Part shown: in pieces, positions 1 to 12,664 of the stretch | Layout of the letters: each line of letters opens with the position of its first letter | How positions within the stretch are numbered: the stretch's first letter is position 1 | Assembly: GCA_013115145.1 (NCBI GenBank) | Contig: JAAPAO010000078.1 | Coordinates: 24,306-88,305, forward strand | DNA length: 64,000 bases | Direction: 5' to 3' | Source of the DNA: Perkinsus chesapeaki ATCC PRA-425 | Lineage: Eukaryota > Protista > Perkinsozoa | Translations under genes and position numbers: made by a program | The notes under the pieces: generated by a model | Database searches by the model: none | Seen by the model: only the letters and a program-made list of their open reading frames with translations | Told to the model about the DNA's origin: nothing

Positions 1-2518
1 CTGTCATCACAAGACATACTACCTGTAAACCACCATATTAATTTAGTGGCGCGTGACTTTTCCCTTACCTCAGTTAGCAGTTCTACATCTTCCTCCTCCT
101 CCCCTTTTTCATCTCCGCCCACAATGTCTGTCATTTCCTTCATCCGGCTGCCAACCGCACCCGCGATGACTCCACCAGGAGATGTCTCTGTCACCTCTGC
201 CACAGGGAGGCCGATGCCACTAGGGGTAGATGCCTGCAGCATTATGATGCCAGAGCATAATATGGAGGATGACCAGGAGACATGCGACACAATTCTAGTA
301 GCGGGAAGGCCACACATTTCTACTTCAAACATGACTCCCGGAAAATCCATTACTCACACAAATAAAAGCATTAGGACACTCAGACCGCAGTCCTAAAAGC
401 TTTCTTAACCACTATGGAAGAAACGGAAAGATTCCCCGCGCAGAAAATGGAAGAAGACCACCACCGCCAAAGATACTTACCAATCGACAGCAGCCATCGT
501 CCTCCCCTTGGCTCTCCTCCTCCTCATCATCATCACTGCTCTCCTCAAGAGCATCATCTTCGCAAAATTTCAAAAAGAATAATAAACTTGTTACGACATT
601 CGCAGCCCCTCCCTTCACAGGGGTATCTTTCGGCAGCGTCCCCGACACTATTCGACCTATTAACCTATCAATCTCATCAAGGAGGCCATTCGCCAACTCT
701 GGCACATACACTTGGTGCACATCCTCCGACGGGGAGCGATCTGATAATACCGACAACACTGTTAAGGATTGCTGTATCGATTAAATCAATAATCAAATTT
801 GATTTGGTATTCACTGAAGTTCTATCCATTCACAACATCTTATAATATCGTCCTCATCTCCACCTCGGATTCCCCCCATACTCCAAAACCGAGGCAAATG
901 GCACGGCTACGGTGAGTTACCAGCGAACTTCAAGTACAACCACAGATGGGCTCCAGGTGTTTATGAGAAGACCGCGCGCCCCAAAATCTCTCCATCTCCA
1001 AGGTACGGGCTTTGGTACCACGAAGAGAGTTTCATGCGAGTCTTGAACCAACCAATACCGGACTGAATAACGCCAAAGAACCGAGACACATCCGCTCAAA
1101 ATCGATTTTATACAAAATAGCTGTCACGTTATACTTACAGCATAACAGTTTCTGCAACAGCTCAGCACAGTTACGGGACACTTCTTCTCTGCCAGGCGCT
1201 TTGTCACAAATAACATCCACAAAGTCACGCGCCGTTAAATTACCAAATGGTACCTACGAAAGATACGCTCTTTAAATTCTTCCGAGTGCGCACCTACCGC
1301 ATTTTTATCCGAAGTTAAAAGCAAGTTGTATAGCATTTCGCAAGTAGACATATCATAAAGCAACGAGAGCAACGACGGTTTCAAGGATTCCTCCATGCCC
1401 CCTAAAGCACGGGTCAACCTAAGATACGTCCAAACCTCCTACTGCATATTTTCGCCACATCTACCGGTCGCTTCTCAAAGATTGCCTGACAAGAAATATT
1501 TTCCCGCCGAAATTGCATCTTACGCTGATCGCTCGGGACATGTAGCCTGCAATGACACAATTGAGAGCCTTTCCGGTTTGTGACGCCGTGACGTACTGAA
1601 ACAACAACAAGTCACTCGACGACCATCGGGACAATTCTGATGAGGAGAGCCGAACTGATCGACCGCACTAAAATCTAGGGTTGAACACGAGGGAATGGTG
1701 ATTCGCGTTTGGACGGGATCTTAAGGATGAGCCTCAGCCGACCCTTTCGTGACACGAGTCTTGTGCGCATCGCCGTCGAGTACGATGTCACCTGTAGGAT
1801 CCGCGCACGAGATGGCGCGCCGCGCAACCAATTTTACAATGTCCATATGACAGTGAAAGACGTTTAATGAAGTCGGTAAAGCAAAGAGAAAGCTACGCCG
1901 TCTCCTAGTAGTCCTCCTATAGAGCAACCTTCTTCTTACCGCTTTAAAAAGATTTCCCAATGCTGACTCTCCAGTGGAAACATCTTCATGGACCCATGCA
2001 TCCAGAAACGTATCATTTTCGCAACTTATAAGCTCAACGCATATATACGGGAGAACGTACTTTCCTGAAAGTGACTTTAGCGAAGCGAAGCGTTGCATGT
2101 TTACCGATTTTACGATCCAGACCCACCCCCTACCTACGAGTGTCGGACGCTCCATCTGGCGGCATTTCCGTTAGTATTTTAACCATACTCTGCAGACTAG
2201 ACTGAAAAAATATCTTTTCCGACCTCTCACAGAAAAAACCTGCTTCAACCTAAGATACCCCCTACTACCTTTTCACACAATCTGTCTACCAGCTTGCTAG
2301 ACCCTGCTCTGAGCTCCTGAACGACTTCATCTGAGCTCAGTATTTCCTAACATTTCCATAACCACTCATCATTTTCCATCCACTACTTCAATTGATGATT
2401 TATTTCCTTTATCCAGCAAATCATCCAGCCTGCTGAAGGATGACCCGCAACCGTGCAGCCAGCTGTTACCCCGGGAAGCTTTAGTCGAGAAAAACGATCC
2501 AGCCCCGACGTACTCCAT
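1..2518 (-). CDS. SIT4-associated (SAPS)/PP6 regulatory subunit family protein, multi-exon, 3' end outside window
   Basis: Spliced exons give MEYVGAG...SRLDDLLDK, EILSSDEVVQELRAGSSKLVD, KYVLPYICVELISCENDTFLDAWV and SLLSLLYDMSTCEMLYNLLL. These match SAPS-family motifs (LL-DEVLQEC, YP-IACELL-C). ATG at 2518. Confidence 0.8.
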
Positions 2519-2985
2519 AGAAGAGGAGGAAACAACAAAAGTAACGACAACTACAAATAATACTATTATTTACCAGGGCTCAGGATGTATCACCACTAAT
2601 TGAAAGCCCAGGCCTGATGACACTTTTTTGACAGGGTCGCGGAGGCTACACCACATAGACGACTTCAAAGTGCCCCCGTCCACTGTAGCAAAGACGCCAC
2701 AGTACTTTTCAATATATCTAAAGGAGTAATAAAATATTATTTGTCAAACAAACCGGGTGAAATAGCAAACCACCGACACATTTAGAAGAACGAAAAAGCG
2801 TTAACGTGAATGCAACGGCAAGTCATAATAAATAAGTTGATAGGCGGAGGGTCAAATGTTATAATAAGATCACTCTATAGAGGATTAGTTCCAAAAACAA
2901 AAACTGTGGACCGCTTAAGTATCTACGAAAGACTCAACAAAACATCTGCCTTCTCGAGAAACCAAATAATTGTAGGAATCAATCT

Positions 2986-4296
2986 CTACGCCGCCTTGAC
3001 CATTTTCGGTTCGTGTTTTCCGGTCTTGCATTTCGGTAGTGCCATAAAATCATCCCAATCATAGCTCCGTGCACCGCAGCATGACCACTCCTTCTTCAAG
3101 TCGTGGAAAACTGGCCTAAAATGCACCCCATGGGACTCGAACCCAAGCCAGTGGCTTCCCGTAAAGCGGCTGCATGCTCTACTGCTCCACTATTCCTCCA
3201 GTAGATTACTTCCCATCATGATAGTGGCAGCAACCTTCCACGTTATCCTCTGGATCATACTCCTTTCCGCAGCCAACGTGACAGCAGCGATATTTACCAG
3301 ACGGTGTAACCTAAGCCACATTCTTCACAGTGCGCAAAAGACTCCACCACAAATTATTCACAGTGCGCAAAAGATTCTACCACAAATTATTCACAGTGCG
3401 CAATCCTCCGAAGATCCCCCCATTACAAGCGGTTTCATTTCGACCTGCGGCTTTTCCTCAACCTTCTCCACTGACAAGGCCGGAGCTGGAGTATCTAAGG
3501 TCGAAGCCATCCGTCTGGACTATGAGCTCACAAAGATACTCTTGCTCTCCTTCTCAGTTGTGTCTATTCTAACAGGTGCAGACGACGGCATGGTCACCAA
3601 GCCGCTCGAATTAGTATCTATCCGTTGTGGGGTAGATGACTGTACTGATGCTGCCTGATCCTCAGCTTTGGCTTGACCAACACCTGAAATGCATCCACTG
3701 GGAATCGAACCCACGACCTTCAGCTTGTAATCCGCATTGCACACAGAAAACTTCGGCCTATGTTTTTGGATCCCTCCTCTGCGTTCCCGTACATATTCAT
3801 CGAGCAATTCGCGCAGCTCAGCCGAGGACGCTCCCTTCGTACAACACAATCGGATTGTGTTGTTGTGTTGTGACAATCCCAACACTAGCCAGTGGCTAGT
3901 AGCCACCAATTCTATGCGAATTTAATAACGAAACTTCACAGCCCCACTGCTGAAAGATATTCCACCCTATTACCCGGCTTCACTGGTTTAACATCCGTAT
4001 GCTCCCCAACTGCACACCCCGGAATCTGCATGAACTCATCCCAGTCATACTTTACTGCCTGCCATCCACAAATCTTACACTAACCTCGCTATAACCCCAC
4101 CTACCCCACAGCACGTCCATGTCTTTTTTATATCTTGGAACACGGGCCACCCTGGATGATACCGACATGCCTCAGGACCGTTGGTCGCATCAGTATACCT
4201 ATTCACCACATCACCAAAGCTCACACAACCATCCTATCACTTTTTACCGCACCCGTGGTGCCGACATGTCTTAACAACTTCACTGCTATCAGTCAT
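2986..4296 (-). CDS. Two-CHORD-domain zinc-binding protein (RAR1/CHORDC1-like, no CS domain seen)
   Basis: Spliced: MTDSSEVVKTCRHHGCGKKYTDATNGPEACRYHPGWPVFQDIKKTWTCCGAVKYDWDEFMQIPGCAVGEH, a linker, then YRCCHVGCGKEYDPEDNVEGCCHYHDGKPVFHDLKKEWSCCGARSYDWDDFMALPKCKTGKH. Both have the CHORD Cys/His pattern. Confidence 0.9.
3116..3209 (-). other. 94-nt GT-AG intron containing a degenerate near-full tRNA-like body (sense)
   Basis: Splits CHORD2 at HDGK|PVFHD. Contains A-box-like TAGTGGAGCAGTAGAGC and GGGTTCGAGTCCCATGGGGTGCATTTTAG. Confidence 0.85.
3324..3403. repeat. 33-bp minisatellite, about 2.4 copies, intronic
   Basis: TTCACAGTGCGCAAAAGA(C/T)TC(C/T)ACCACAAATTA units start at 3324, 3357 and 3390. 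Confidence 0.9.
3684..3973 (-). other. 290-nt intron ending in a tRNA-like anticodon/variable/T-arm segment
   Basis: A phase-1 intron joins KPVKPG to VGQAKAED. Its 3' end reads GCGGATTACAAGCTGAAGGTCGTGGGTTCGATTCCCAGTGGATGCATTTCAG. It also holds perfect palindromes at 3841-3863 and 3884-3900. Confidence 0.75.
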
Positions 4297-4464
4297 TATT
4301 CAACAGGAACTGTAAAACCCGAAACCCAAAACCCGAAACCCGAAAATAAAACCCGACAAGTGATCCATGAGTAAGAAACCGTAAACTGGACACGTCTCTT
4401 GCCTATGACGCCTCATCGGTTAGTGGTAAAGGAGACAACAACAGCAGCAAGCGAGGACCGCTTT

Positions 4465-6123
4465 TCAATTTTCAAACTTAGAGTTAGGAGTCTTCGGACT
4501 CGCCATTATTTTCATTCTTTCCTCCCCCATGCTATCCCCACTCTTTGGTGCGCTCAACAGACTCTCTGTGAACGTGAATTTCTCCTCTTTTGGGACCTGA
4601 AAAATACCTTTACCAGGATTCGAACCCGCGACCTCTTACCAATTTCAACAACGGTAATCGCATGACCAGTGCGACCAAATAAATATACGCCGTCACCACA
4701 AACGTGTAACGATAATCATGATTATCCATCAAATACCCCCCAATAACAGCCGAGCCAGACCAAGTCATCGACGACAGAGACTCCAAAGCATTCCACCTGC
4801 CACGTTGATGAGATGGCACGAAGTCCATAATAATCGATCTATCTACCGGATAGATAGCATTCTGCACCGCACCACGGATCAGAAAAGTAAAGACGACCGC
4901 CGGCAGCCATCTGACCCAGGCCAGACAGAACAGGCATATCACACCCATTGACGAGAAAAGTATCCCAGCTTGGACTCGACCGATGTGATTAGCAACTTTA
5001 TCACAAAACCAAGTGAACAAGCCAAATGTTAGGCCGTAAAATGCCCACAGTAGCTGCACTTGAGTTGGACTGAAATTGTAGTCGTTCTTGAAGAATAGAG
5101 GGAAGAACTTCACTGTCATTCCAGCTCCTATACAAGTGATAAAATCATTGGCACACATCAGATAAGGAATCGTCCATGTCCATTTAGACGTAACTTTCCT
5201 GTGCACGCGTCCACCTAAGATTCATACAGCTTCTCAACAATCTATGTAATATTCCCTATCACCTTCACGGTTGCCGCTGTTGCCGCCGAGGCCATCCTCA
5301 TGGCTCACATCTGTCCATCCAAACAAGAATAAATTAGCCGGTATAAAGCCCAGGAAGCCAATAATCAACACCGTATGCAGCACACTGAGCCTCCATGCAT
5401 TCCCAAAGTAAACAAACAGGAAGAGCCCGATGAATGGACCGATTCCCGAGGCTAGCTGATTCACCACAGAGGCCCAGGTCAGCCACTTGGCTCTGTGGCC
5501 TTGAGGGATCGAGTCCGCGAAAAGGGAATATGTTGCGCAGTTTTGGGTGGCGAAATAACCACCGGCAACGGCGAGTGCAAAACATAAAACTATAATCTGA
5601 AGAAGATATCTTCTGGAGGTCTTATGTGCACGCTTCGAGCTAAGATGCCATGATCATCCCCGTTATTACGTTATCGAAGTGTATTCCGTATATTGATAGA
5701 GCAACCATCACCAGTGATGCCCATCCGCATAAGCGACAAATCCGAGCTCGAGAGAATCTTTTAAAAAATATCCGACCTAAGATACCATCTGCATTAGCCT
5801 ACTTATCAACCAAGATTCCTGCGGGTATGGCCGCAATGACCTGACTCAACCCAGAAATAGATTCAGCCCAACCGACAGCTTTATTGGAATCACCAGCCAT
5901 CACGTAAAGGTAGGCGTCAAATATACCCATTTGGGCGATAGCTTGACAAATACCTTGAAGAGCTGAGAACCTAAAGAGTATCTATGTCGACCGTGCAAGA
6001 TACAAAATAGGTTGATGTCTACATCAACATGTGATAAATGTTCTTCTTGCATGCCTTTTCAAAGTCCTCTTTATCTGTTATTGGAGATAAGACTTGATGT
6101 CCCAGATGATTGGTAGTGGGCAT
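4465..6123 (-). CDS. Major facilitator superfamily transporter
   Basis: MPTTNHLG...FSALQGICQAIAQMGIFDAYLY...GILVD, many TM segments, DKVANHIGR (MFS motif A-like) and YPVDRSIIMDFVPSHQRGRWNA. Confidence 0.88.
4597..4639 (-). other. 43-nt intron that is essentially a tRNA 3' half (sense)
   Basis: GTAAGAGGTCGCGGGTTCGAATCCTGGTAAAGGTATTTTTCAG. Removal restores LLKL|VPKEEK and skips the stop at 4610. Confidence 0.85.
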
Positions 6124-8202
6124 CCTCACAGAGAATTATAGATACACTGCAAGAATAACAACAACCCCGATTACCCAACGCGCATGACTAGCAACAAGCA
6201 GTACCGTGTCAGAATCGCTACGCCCCGGTAATCGATTATGGTTCGTGCCTGCTGCTGCACTGTGACAGCTAGAGAACGTGACAGTTGAATTGTCATAGGC
6301 CAAGCGGACATCGTTCCGCTGATCGAGAATTATAGGTCTCACCGTATGCGGTAATCAACGAACACATCGTTCAACACTCACGGCATATACGCGACAGTCC
6401 AACTTCCTTCTTAAATGGAGACACATTGTACACATGCCAACACCATGACTGCCTTATCAAGCATGAACAAACAGCTAGAAAAGGCGTGATCCATAAAATG
6501 GGTATTACCCTGAGAGTAATTGAAAACTGTCCGAATTTACGTATATTCCATATATCAGCAAAACCTCGTGGGCCCAGTGTGTTCATGTTCATTTTGAATT
6601 TATAAATCTAGCGTGGGCGCAATCGGCAAACAACCTTGAGGTGACATGGTACAAGGAAGTCTCACTGATGGTGATCATAATATCAATCCAATGCTCTCAA
6701 TGGCAGGAGAGATAACGGTGACAATGGGCAGGAGAACAAAGCGAGGTACGCCTATGATGCCGCTCTTTGCAATTCCGAGACAGGCCTGCCGCCGTGTCAG
6801 TATCACCACCCGCCACCACGGTGTCACGGCCTTACTGGGTGATACTGTGAAGAAGGGTCCCAAGGGCTCTATACGATTTAGTGATTTTCGGACAGCCAAT
6901 ACAGGTCCGTAATAGAAATATAATCTTATACATCTGGTCCGGTTGTGTTCGTCATTACGTGCCAACTACAAAACGTCCCGCGGAAAAATGTAAGGATCGA
7001 GGAATGGCAGAGTGGTTATGATCTCGCGACCGCTACTTACCCTACTAAATCTTTTTACGCCCAGTGGTTGTCACCCACTGCGATGTCACAAGGTACGCAG
7101 TCGGTGGCACCGACTCGGTGCTGCATTCATACGAGGAGCTGAGACATATTTGCCAACATTTGTATTATCCAGACTGTGACTGTCGTTATTCCATGCCTCC
7201 TGGTATCAAAGAAAGCCAACAAGGGGTGACAGCCGATCACCCATTCTCGATGCCGCGAATGACAACACAACGCGCCTTTGTGAATGCTTGATAGGCTTCT
7301 CTAAGGCGTCGCTTCAGAGGAGATGTTCAGGCATTGGTGTGCAACAGTAGCGATATTCTTCCGAACGACCGGACTACAGAAGACATCAGTTTCACAATGA
7401 ATCATTCACTAAACCCAACTTCCAGACACCTAAGGTTCCCTCACTTCAAGAGCGCGACTGTGACTACTTTTCCCTCAGACTTGGAATTGTCCTGCCAAGG
7501 TATATTTTACTGGAACATGCATCGTTATACCGCTGGACTTTGTTGGGCTGACTCTTACTTGGCGAGCAGGGATTCCAGACAAAAGCTACATCGTCATCAA
7601 TGATAACGTATCAATTCTGGCATCTTCAGGGAATTGTAAAAGTTCGGTGCCATTCCTTAATTCGACAGTCGGCTTCCAGTGCTCTCCCGAGAAAAAGGCT
7701 CCACGCAGTTCTCAGTGGAGAGGAAGCTGTCACACACATCTTCAATAATCATCAACCCCCATAATCATTGCGCGTCTGCGAGGTGATACTCGCGGTATCA
7801 TTCTTGACCGTCGTGATTAAGACGGGTTAAAGGGTTAGAGGTTGGGTTACGGATCACTCGTCTTCGTCCACGTAGAGGAATTCCGAAAAAAATACCACGG
7901 AGCACTGGGAATGGTTCCCGCGGCTCCCACCCGTATTGTGGTCTTAGGCTAAGACCACAATATTAAGTCGCAGTTAAGCCATTTTACTGCGAAGCTTGGA
8001 TGCCTTCTAGAAAGAAGGGCGATCGACACGGTACATCATAGAGCCCGGGTATGGAAGATGAAACTTTCGTCATGAAAGGCCTATTCCCCGAGAGACAAGA
8101 TCTCCGGGACCCTGAATTCTACACGAAGTTCTCGTCAGGAACCACAGCCCAGGTTACTCTCGAGCTTCAATCCACTCACCAACTCAAGCTTTCGGCCTAT
8201 CA

Positions 8203-8946
8203 ATGAGATCTACATCAACTTGGTTATTGGCAGCTGCTTATATTATCATCGCCGCTGCAGCTCAGCCAGTGGGAAGATATGTTTATGCTGAAGAAAACGG
8301 TGCCTACACCCTCGCCTTCGACATCGATGAGGATAAGCGCGCCAGAATCAATTTCACTTCCCCTTTCGGTAGTTACTCCGAGGGTTCATACCCGTTGGTG
8401 AAGGAAAACTCAAGCGCGTATACTATAAACTTCACCGGCAGAATCGAAGGAGCGGGCTACTGGTACCTACGAATCGGGTTACTCTACGAGGACTACGCCT
8501 ACCAACCTGGTGACTTAAGGACTTTGACGTTCACGGGCAGAAATTCTCTGTATGTTATATTTGGTGGTAAAAGACTCAACTTGGTTAGACAGGCCTTCGG
8601 CGTGCAACAGGGTACTTTTATCTACAGTTCTGAGGGTCTTCATATGAACTACACAATCCAGCAAATCCCCTTACTACTGCCATTCCGTTTGCTTTATGTA
8701 CAATTTCATTGTGATAACACTGCGATGCCACCTACGCCGTTCTTCCTCTTTGAGAACAATACGGCTCGTCCCTACAAATCCTACACTCTTTTTCCACCGC
8801 CTGCCGGCTTACAGAGAGACGTCTCGAGGTTCTGTCTCAGAGACCGCCCTCTACTACCAAATGATCTGAGCTTCATCGTTTTTGCCACCGAGAAGACGAT
8901 TACCATCAACATGATCGGCACGTACCTTTCGCTCACCAAGGTGTGA
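8203..8946 (+). CDS. Single-exon secreted protein with two beta-rich repeats, lineage-specific
   Basis: 247-aa ORF with signal peptide MRSTSTWLLAAAYIIIAAAA. The two halves end in similar DLxxLxF...LxLxK/R motifs. Confidence 0.8.
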   Translation: MRSTSTWLLAAAYIIIAAAAQPVGRYVYAEENGAYTLAFDIDEDKRARINFTSPFGSYSEGSYPLVKENSSAYTINFTGRIEGAGYWYLRIGLLYEDYAYQPGDLRTLTFTGRNSLYVIFGGKRLNLVRQAFGVQQGTFIYSSEGLHMNYTIQQIPLLLPFRLLYVQFHCDNTAMPPTPFFLFENNTARPYKSYTLFPPPAGLQRDVSRFCLRDRPLLPNDLSFIVFATEKTITINMIGTYLSLTKV

Positions 8947-9773
8947 ACAATACGTCTTGATGGCCTAGACACTTGAACTGCAACTCACTTGCGCGGCTGC
9001 TGTTCTATCACTTATTAGATACAACGCTGTAGAAGGCTCTATTCTTTTGTTGCCATGAGATCTTTATCTTCTTAACTAACTGAATCCAGTGCTTGCGTCG
9101 TGTCAATGTTTTGTCGTTCAAAGAATCAGCCATATATTCCTCCTATGTCATCGTAGGTTTTCCACACTCCCTCAAAAGCGAATCATCGTCAGGTTACTGG
9201 CATACAAAATAAGTGGGTTTTCTCTTAGTTCCCCATAGACTCGTATGGGCTAAACGACGAGTCGTGATCTGTACACTTAGTCCGCTCCTGGGCATCACCC
9301 GTTTCCCTACTATTGTGTAAATGGCTGTCTGGCAACTAGACTCCAACGGGGGGAAATTCCGGCCCGTCAGGCGGCCGCCAGTGACGTGACATTATTGGAC
9401 CAATCCAATAACACGGTGTCTCCGGCACTCCAGTCCCCAAGTTTGTCTGGGAGCCTGAGATTTCTTGGGGTAAGCTAGATTATTATCACTTAAGTGCGAC
9501 TGGAATAGATACATCGCTATGAGCCATTCCTGTCGGTACTGGGTGAATTGTACCGATTATCACAACACACATTGTCTATATGAAGATTATCCTGTCATAA
9601 GTTGTGACTCACAACGTTGCAGTTGCCCTGTTACTGGTGTAACGCAAAAGAGTATCTTAGGTGAAGAGTACAGAACAGAGAAGTGAACGACAGATACTTC
9701 TTACACCAATGTGCGGAGTCTTACATTGGTTTTCCAGCCTCTTTCACGGATAAACAAAGAGCATGCGTACAGA

Positions 9774-9841
9774 ACTGTGACAGCATGCTGTCACAGTGCT
9801 CAGAGCACAGTGCACAGTAGTCAGCAGTGCTAGCACTGCTG
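9774..9841. repeat. Three adjacent perfect palindromes
   Basis: ACTGTGACAGCATGCTGTCACAGT (24 bp), GTGCTC-A-GAGCAC and CAGCAGTGCTAGCACTGCTG (20 bp). Confidence 0.9.
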
Positions 9842-9974
9842 TCTACTTGCTTATTTGCTCAATGACTGCCAAGACTATTTTGTCCTGGGGGCTATATGAG
9901 GATAGCCAATGCGATACCTGTAGAAACCATACTCTGGTAGTGTTCATAAGATTTGACGACTTGTTACCTCTTTA

Positions 9975-10364
9975 ATGAGATATCGTCTGAACTTCATTTC
10001 CTACCTGGCCGTGATTATAATCTATGCGAAGTGTATATGTAAGGTTTATGGAGTGGCTCCGAACGGGAAGTATTGTAAGAAAGTTCCCCTAGTCTGCAAA
10101 GTCGAACTAACCTTTCATGGAAACACCTTCGATGTATCTGCTACTTATGGGCTCAAGAAAGGATCGGCTATGGGTATCCCTTATACCATGCCTAACCCGG
10201 AAGTGGTGGAGATACCCATAAAGAACGAAGCTATTGTGAAGCTGTTTAATGATTTAAAGCCACCGGTGAAACTAGAGGAGCTACGATCCCTCGAGTATAC
10301 TAAGAATAGATTAAAAGCTCACACGAGCAAAGGCAACATAGCCTTCAAGAAAGAGAGTTGCTGA
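9975..10364 (+). CDS. Small secreted protein, paralog 1 of 4
   Basis: Signal peptide followed by PNGKYCKK...TFDVSATYGLKKGSAMGIPYTMPNP...terminal Cys. Confidence 0.85.
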   Translation: MRYRLNFISYLAVIIIYAKCICKVYGVAPNGKYCKKVPLVCKVELTFHGNTFDVSATYGLKKGSAMGIPYTMPNPEVVEIPIKNEAIVKLFNDLKPPVKLEELRSLEYTKNRLKAHTSKGNIAFKKESC

Positions 10365-11507
10365 AGGCTTGTCCGCTAGAGTCCTTAACCGCCTTCTAGT
10401 AGAAGGCTTTTAGTATATCAGTCGCGTAACTGAGTACACATTGTCAGAGTGTAATTTCAGTGGGACTCACCGGTGCTCCACCATTGGTGCAAGTTCTCAA
10501 CTGAGGAGAATACGTGGCTGAGATGTATTCTTGTGTAAATCCACCGGCTTTTTGATTCCGTGTACATTAGTCACCTCAGTAACATCCAATCCACTTCAGG
10601 GTGCCTACTTTAGTGGGTGCTCCCAAGTTGCTAATGCTGCTGCGGTATTATAGACTTGCGTTAATTCGCAGTGAGCCAGCAACAATCAGTAACTTTGCCA
10701 ACCCAAACTAGCCAGCGCTCGAAGTTATACCGACTACACGTCTTGGCGATGAAGAAATATTTTCAATCCCAGCACAATAATTGTGCCACAATTTTCCTTG
10801 AACTCTTTCTGGGGAGTTTCTCAAATACCCTGTCACCTTATCCTAGCACTTGAAGCATCGATACCCTGCGGAGCGATGTAATCGAGAAGCCGTTCTTCGC
10901 GAACTTGCTCTAACTAGTGCCATGTCCGGGACATTGTTATGATTGTAGGCCCTTTGGATGCAGCCGATACGTTCTAAGTTTGTGTTGTTTTATGTCCCAT
11001 TATGTCTGTGTAAACTTTTCCACTTAACCTTGTTCCGTTTATGAAGCTAGTGGATCGAGTGTAAACATATACGAATTACGTCAAGTTTTTATTTATTTCA
11101 ATATGATCAATCTTTTGAGTTCCAGCGCAAACGGTACGGATCACAACATATAACGTTGCTTATTCTGGGTAAGGAGTCGCGGAGCGTATAGGGTCTATTC
11201 CAGTACAAACTTGTTAATCTTAGTTAATATTGTTGATACTGTTAATTGTTGCTAACCCAATAGTCGCGGATGGGGATTTCCCGGGCGGCCTCAACCGGGA
11301 GCCAGCGATGCCTTTGTGGAGGCATAGAAGGATCCCTTCTCTTGTGAAACTTCCACGGCGAAAGTTGTCAAAAGATGAAGTTATGTTTGCAACTCTCCAC
11401 AATATGTCATCAATCTGCTGTTGCAGTGACGAGATGAGCGCTAGTGGCTCCTCGCTAACCCTGGTCCAGGATTCCTGGAGGCGATTAAAGTGAAATGGGC
11501 TTCCAAG

Positions 11508-11600
11508 TTCCGAGTCCGAGTGGTCGGACCCGAGGCACTTTAATTCGTACTTTTAACCCGAGCTCGGAAAACGACCTTTTCCGAGTACTTGGACTCGGAA
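11508..11600. repeat. CCGAG/CTCGG-rich imperfect inverted repeat (possible DNA transposon end remnant)
   Basis: Left TTCCGAGTCCGAGTGGTCGGA versus reverse complement of right TTCCGAGTCCAAGTACTCGGA (18/21). About 8 CCGAG/CTCGG motifs in about 105 bp. Confidence 0.6.
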
Positions 11601-12664
11601 AACCGAGCACTTTGATTGCCTCCTGGATGTTACATCCACAATGCCAATGCCATTGCAGGCTGGGCTGCTCTGTTACCCGTTTTGTAGCTGGATCACGTCA
11701 ACTCGCGTCAAGGAATTCTAATGATTGTGGATTGACCAAAGAAAAACTAGCCTCCACCATAAGAAAGCGTGACAATCAGACTAAGTGTGGAAAACTCCAC
11801 TACTTCAAACAAAGGAGAACCCCACCGACGGTCGATGATCGACCAGTCTGTTCAGTACAGCACAGCGACTACAGCGCAGGCTCGAGATCCCAATCATACT
11901 TCCTGGCAGGAGGTTCCTGCCAGACCACCCTGATACAAACGTGACCGTGAAGCGCGGCGCAGTATACGAAACTACATGGAGCCTACATGTATCCCGTCGG
12001 GATAGGTTGGGGATAATCCCGAACCTAGCTAAGAGAAAGGCATCATCATAGTAAACTCTAGGGCGTTGACATAAAAAGGAAGAATGGTAACAGATAAGCC
12101 ACAATGCGTGTGGCGAGCCAGCGGCGTTGTGAGTCACATCCTAAAGGTGGAGTAACTTTTCTGAACAATGCAATGTCCCCTCTTTTACCCTACTTTCTCG
12201 TGCAAGATGATGCCTCCTCGCTACCTTTGGAGGCTTGAAACTGCTACAGTAGCAACTCGCCATGCCGTCTCCGTGTTTTTGTGGTCTTCTGGAGTGTGGC
12301 AGTCACGCGGTTCACTCCTCGCGGTGAGATTTGCAGCGGGCCGCCGCCGTCGCCGCCGGCGGCGGCTGATGCACTTCGCGGCGCCGCACCACCGAGCCCG
12401 CGCGTACTTTTGGTTCCGCGTTCGCATTCAGAATATCACTCTGCAACTACTGCCAGAGTCTGCAGTCTACTATTGCTCATTCCTCGTTCATATGGATGAA
12501 CACAAGACGATAAGGGAGCCAATAAAGGCTTCTTACTCACCTCACACCCGCAAGGGGAATGGGCTACGTGACGTATATACAAGGGAGCGGGCGTCGCACA
12601 ATGAATAATAAAGTAGCAGTTCCTACTAATCTCCTCCTTTGCAGTTGTTGGAAGAACTGTCCCA

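Noticed and set aside
3684-3909. N-terminal half of ORF 3520-3909 as coding
   Set aside because: Better explained as read-through of the 290-nt intron, since CHORD1 splices in frame to 3683.
7107-7121. GCACCGACTCGGTGC is the reverse complement of the SpCas9 tracrRNA terminal hairpin
   Set aside because: Only a 15-nt palindrome, with no anti-repeat, cas gene or array. It is one of many local palindromes.
6646-7603. Short ORFs as a retroelement or integrase remnant
   Set aside because: No recognisable RT, RNase H, integrase or gag motif. Left unannotated.
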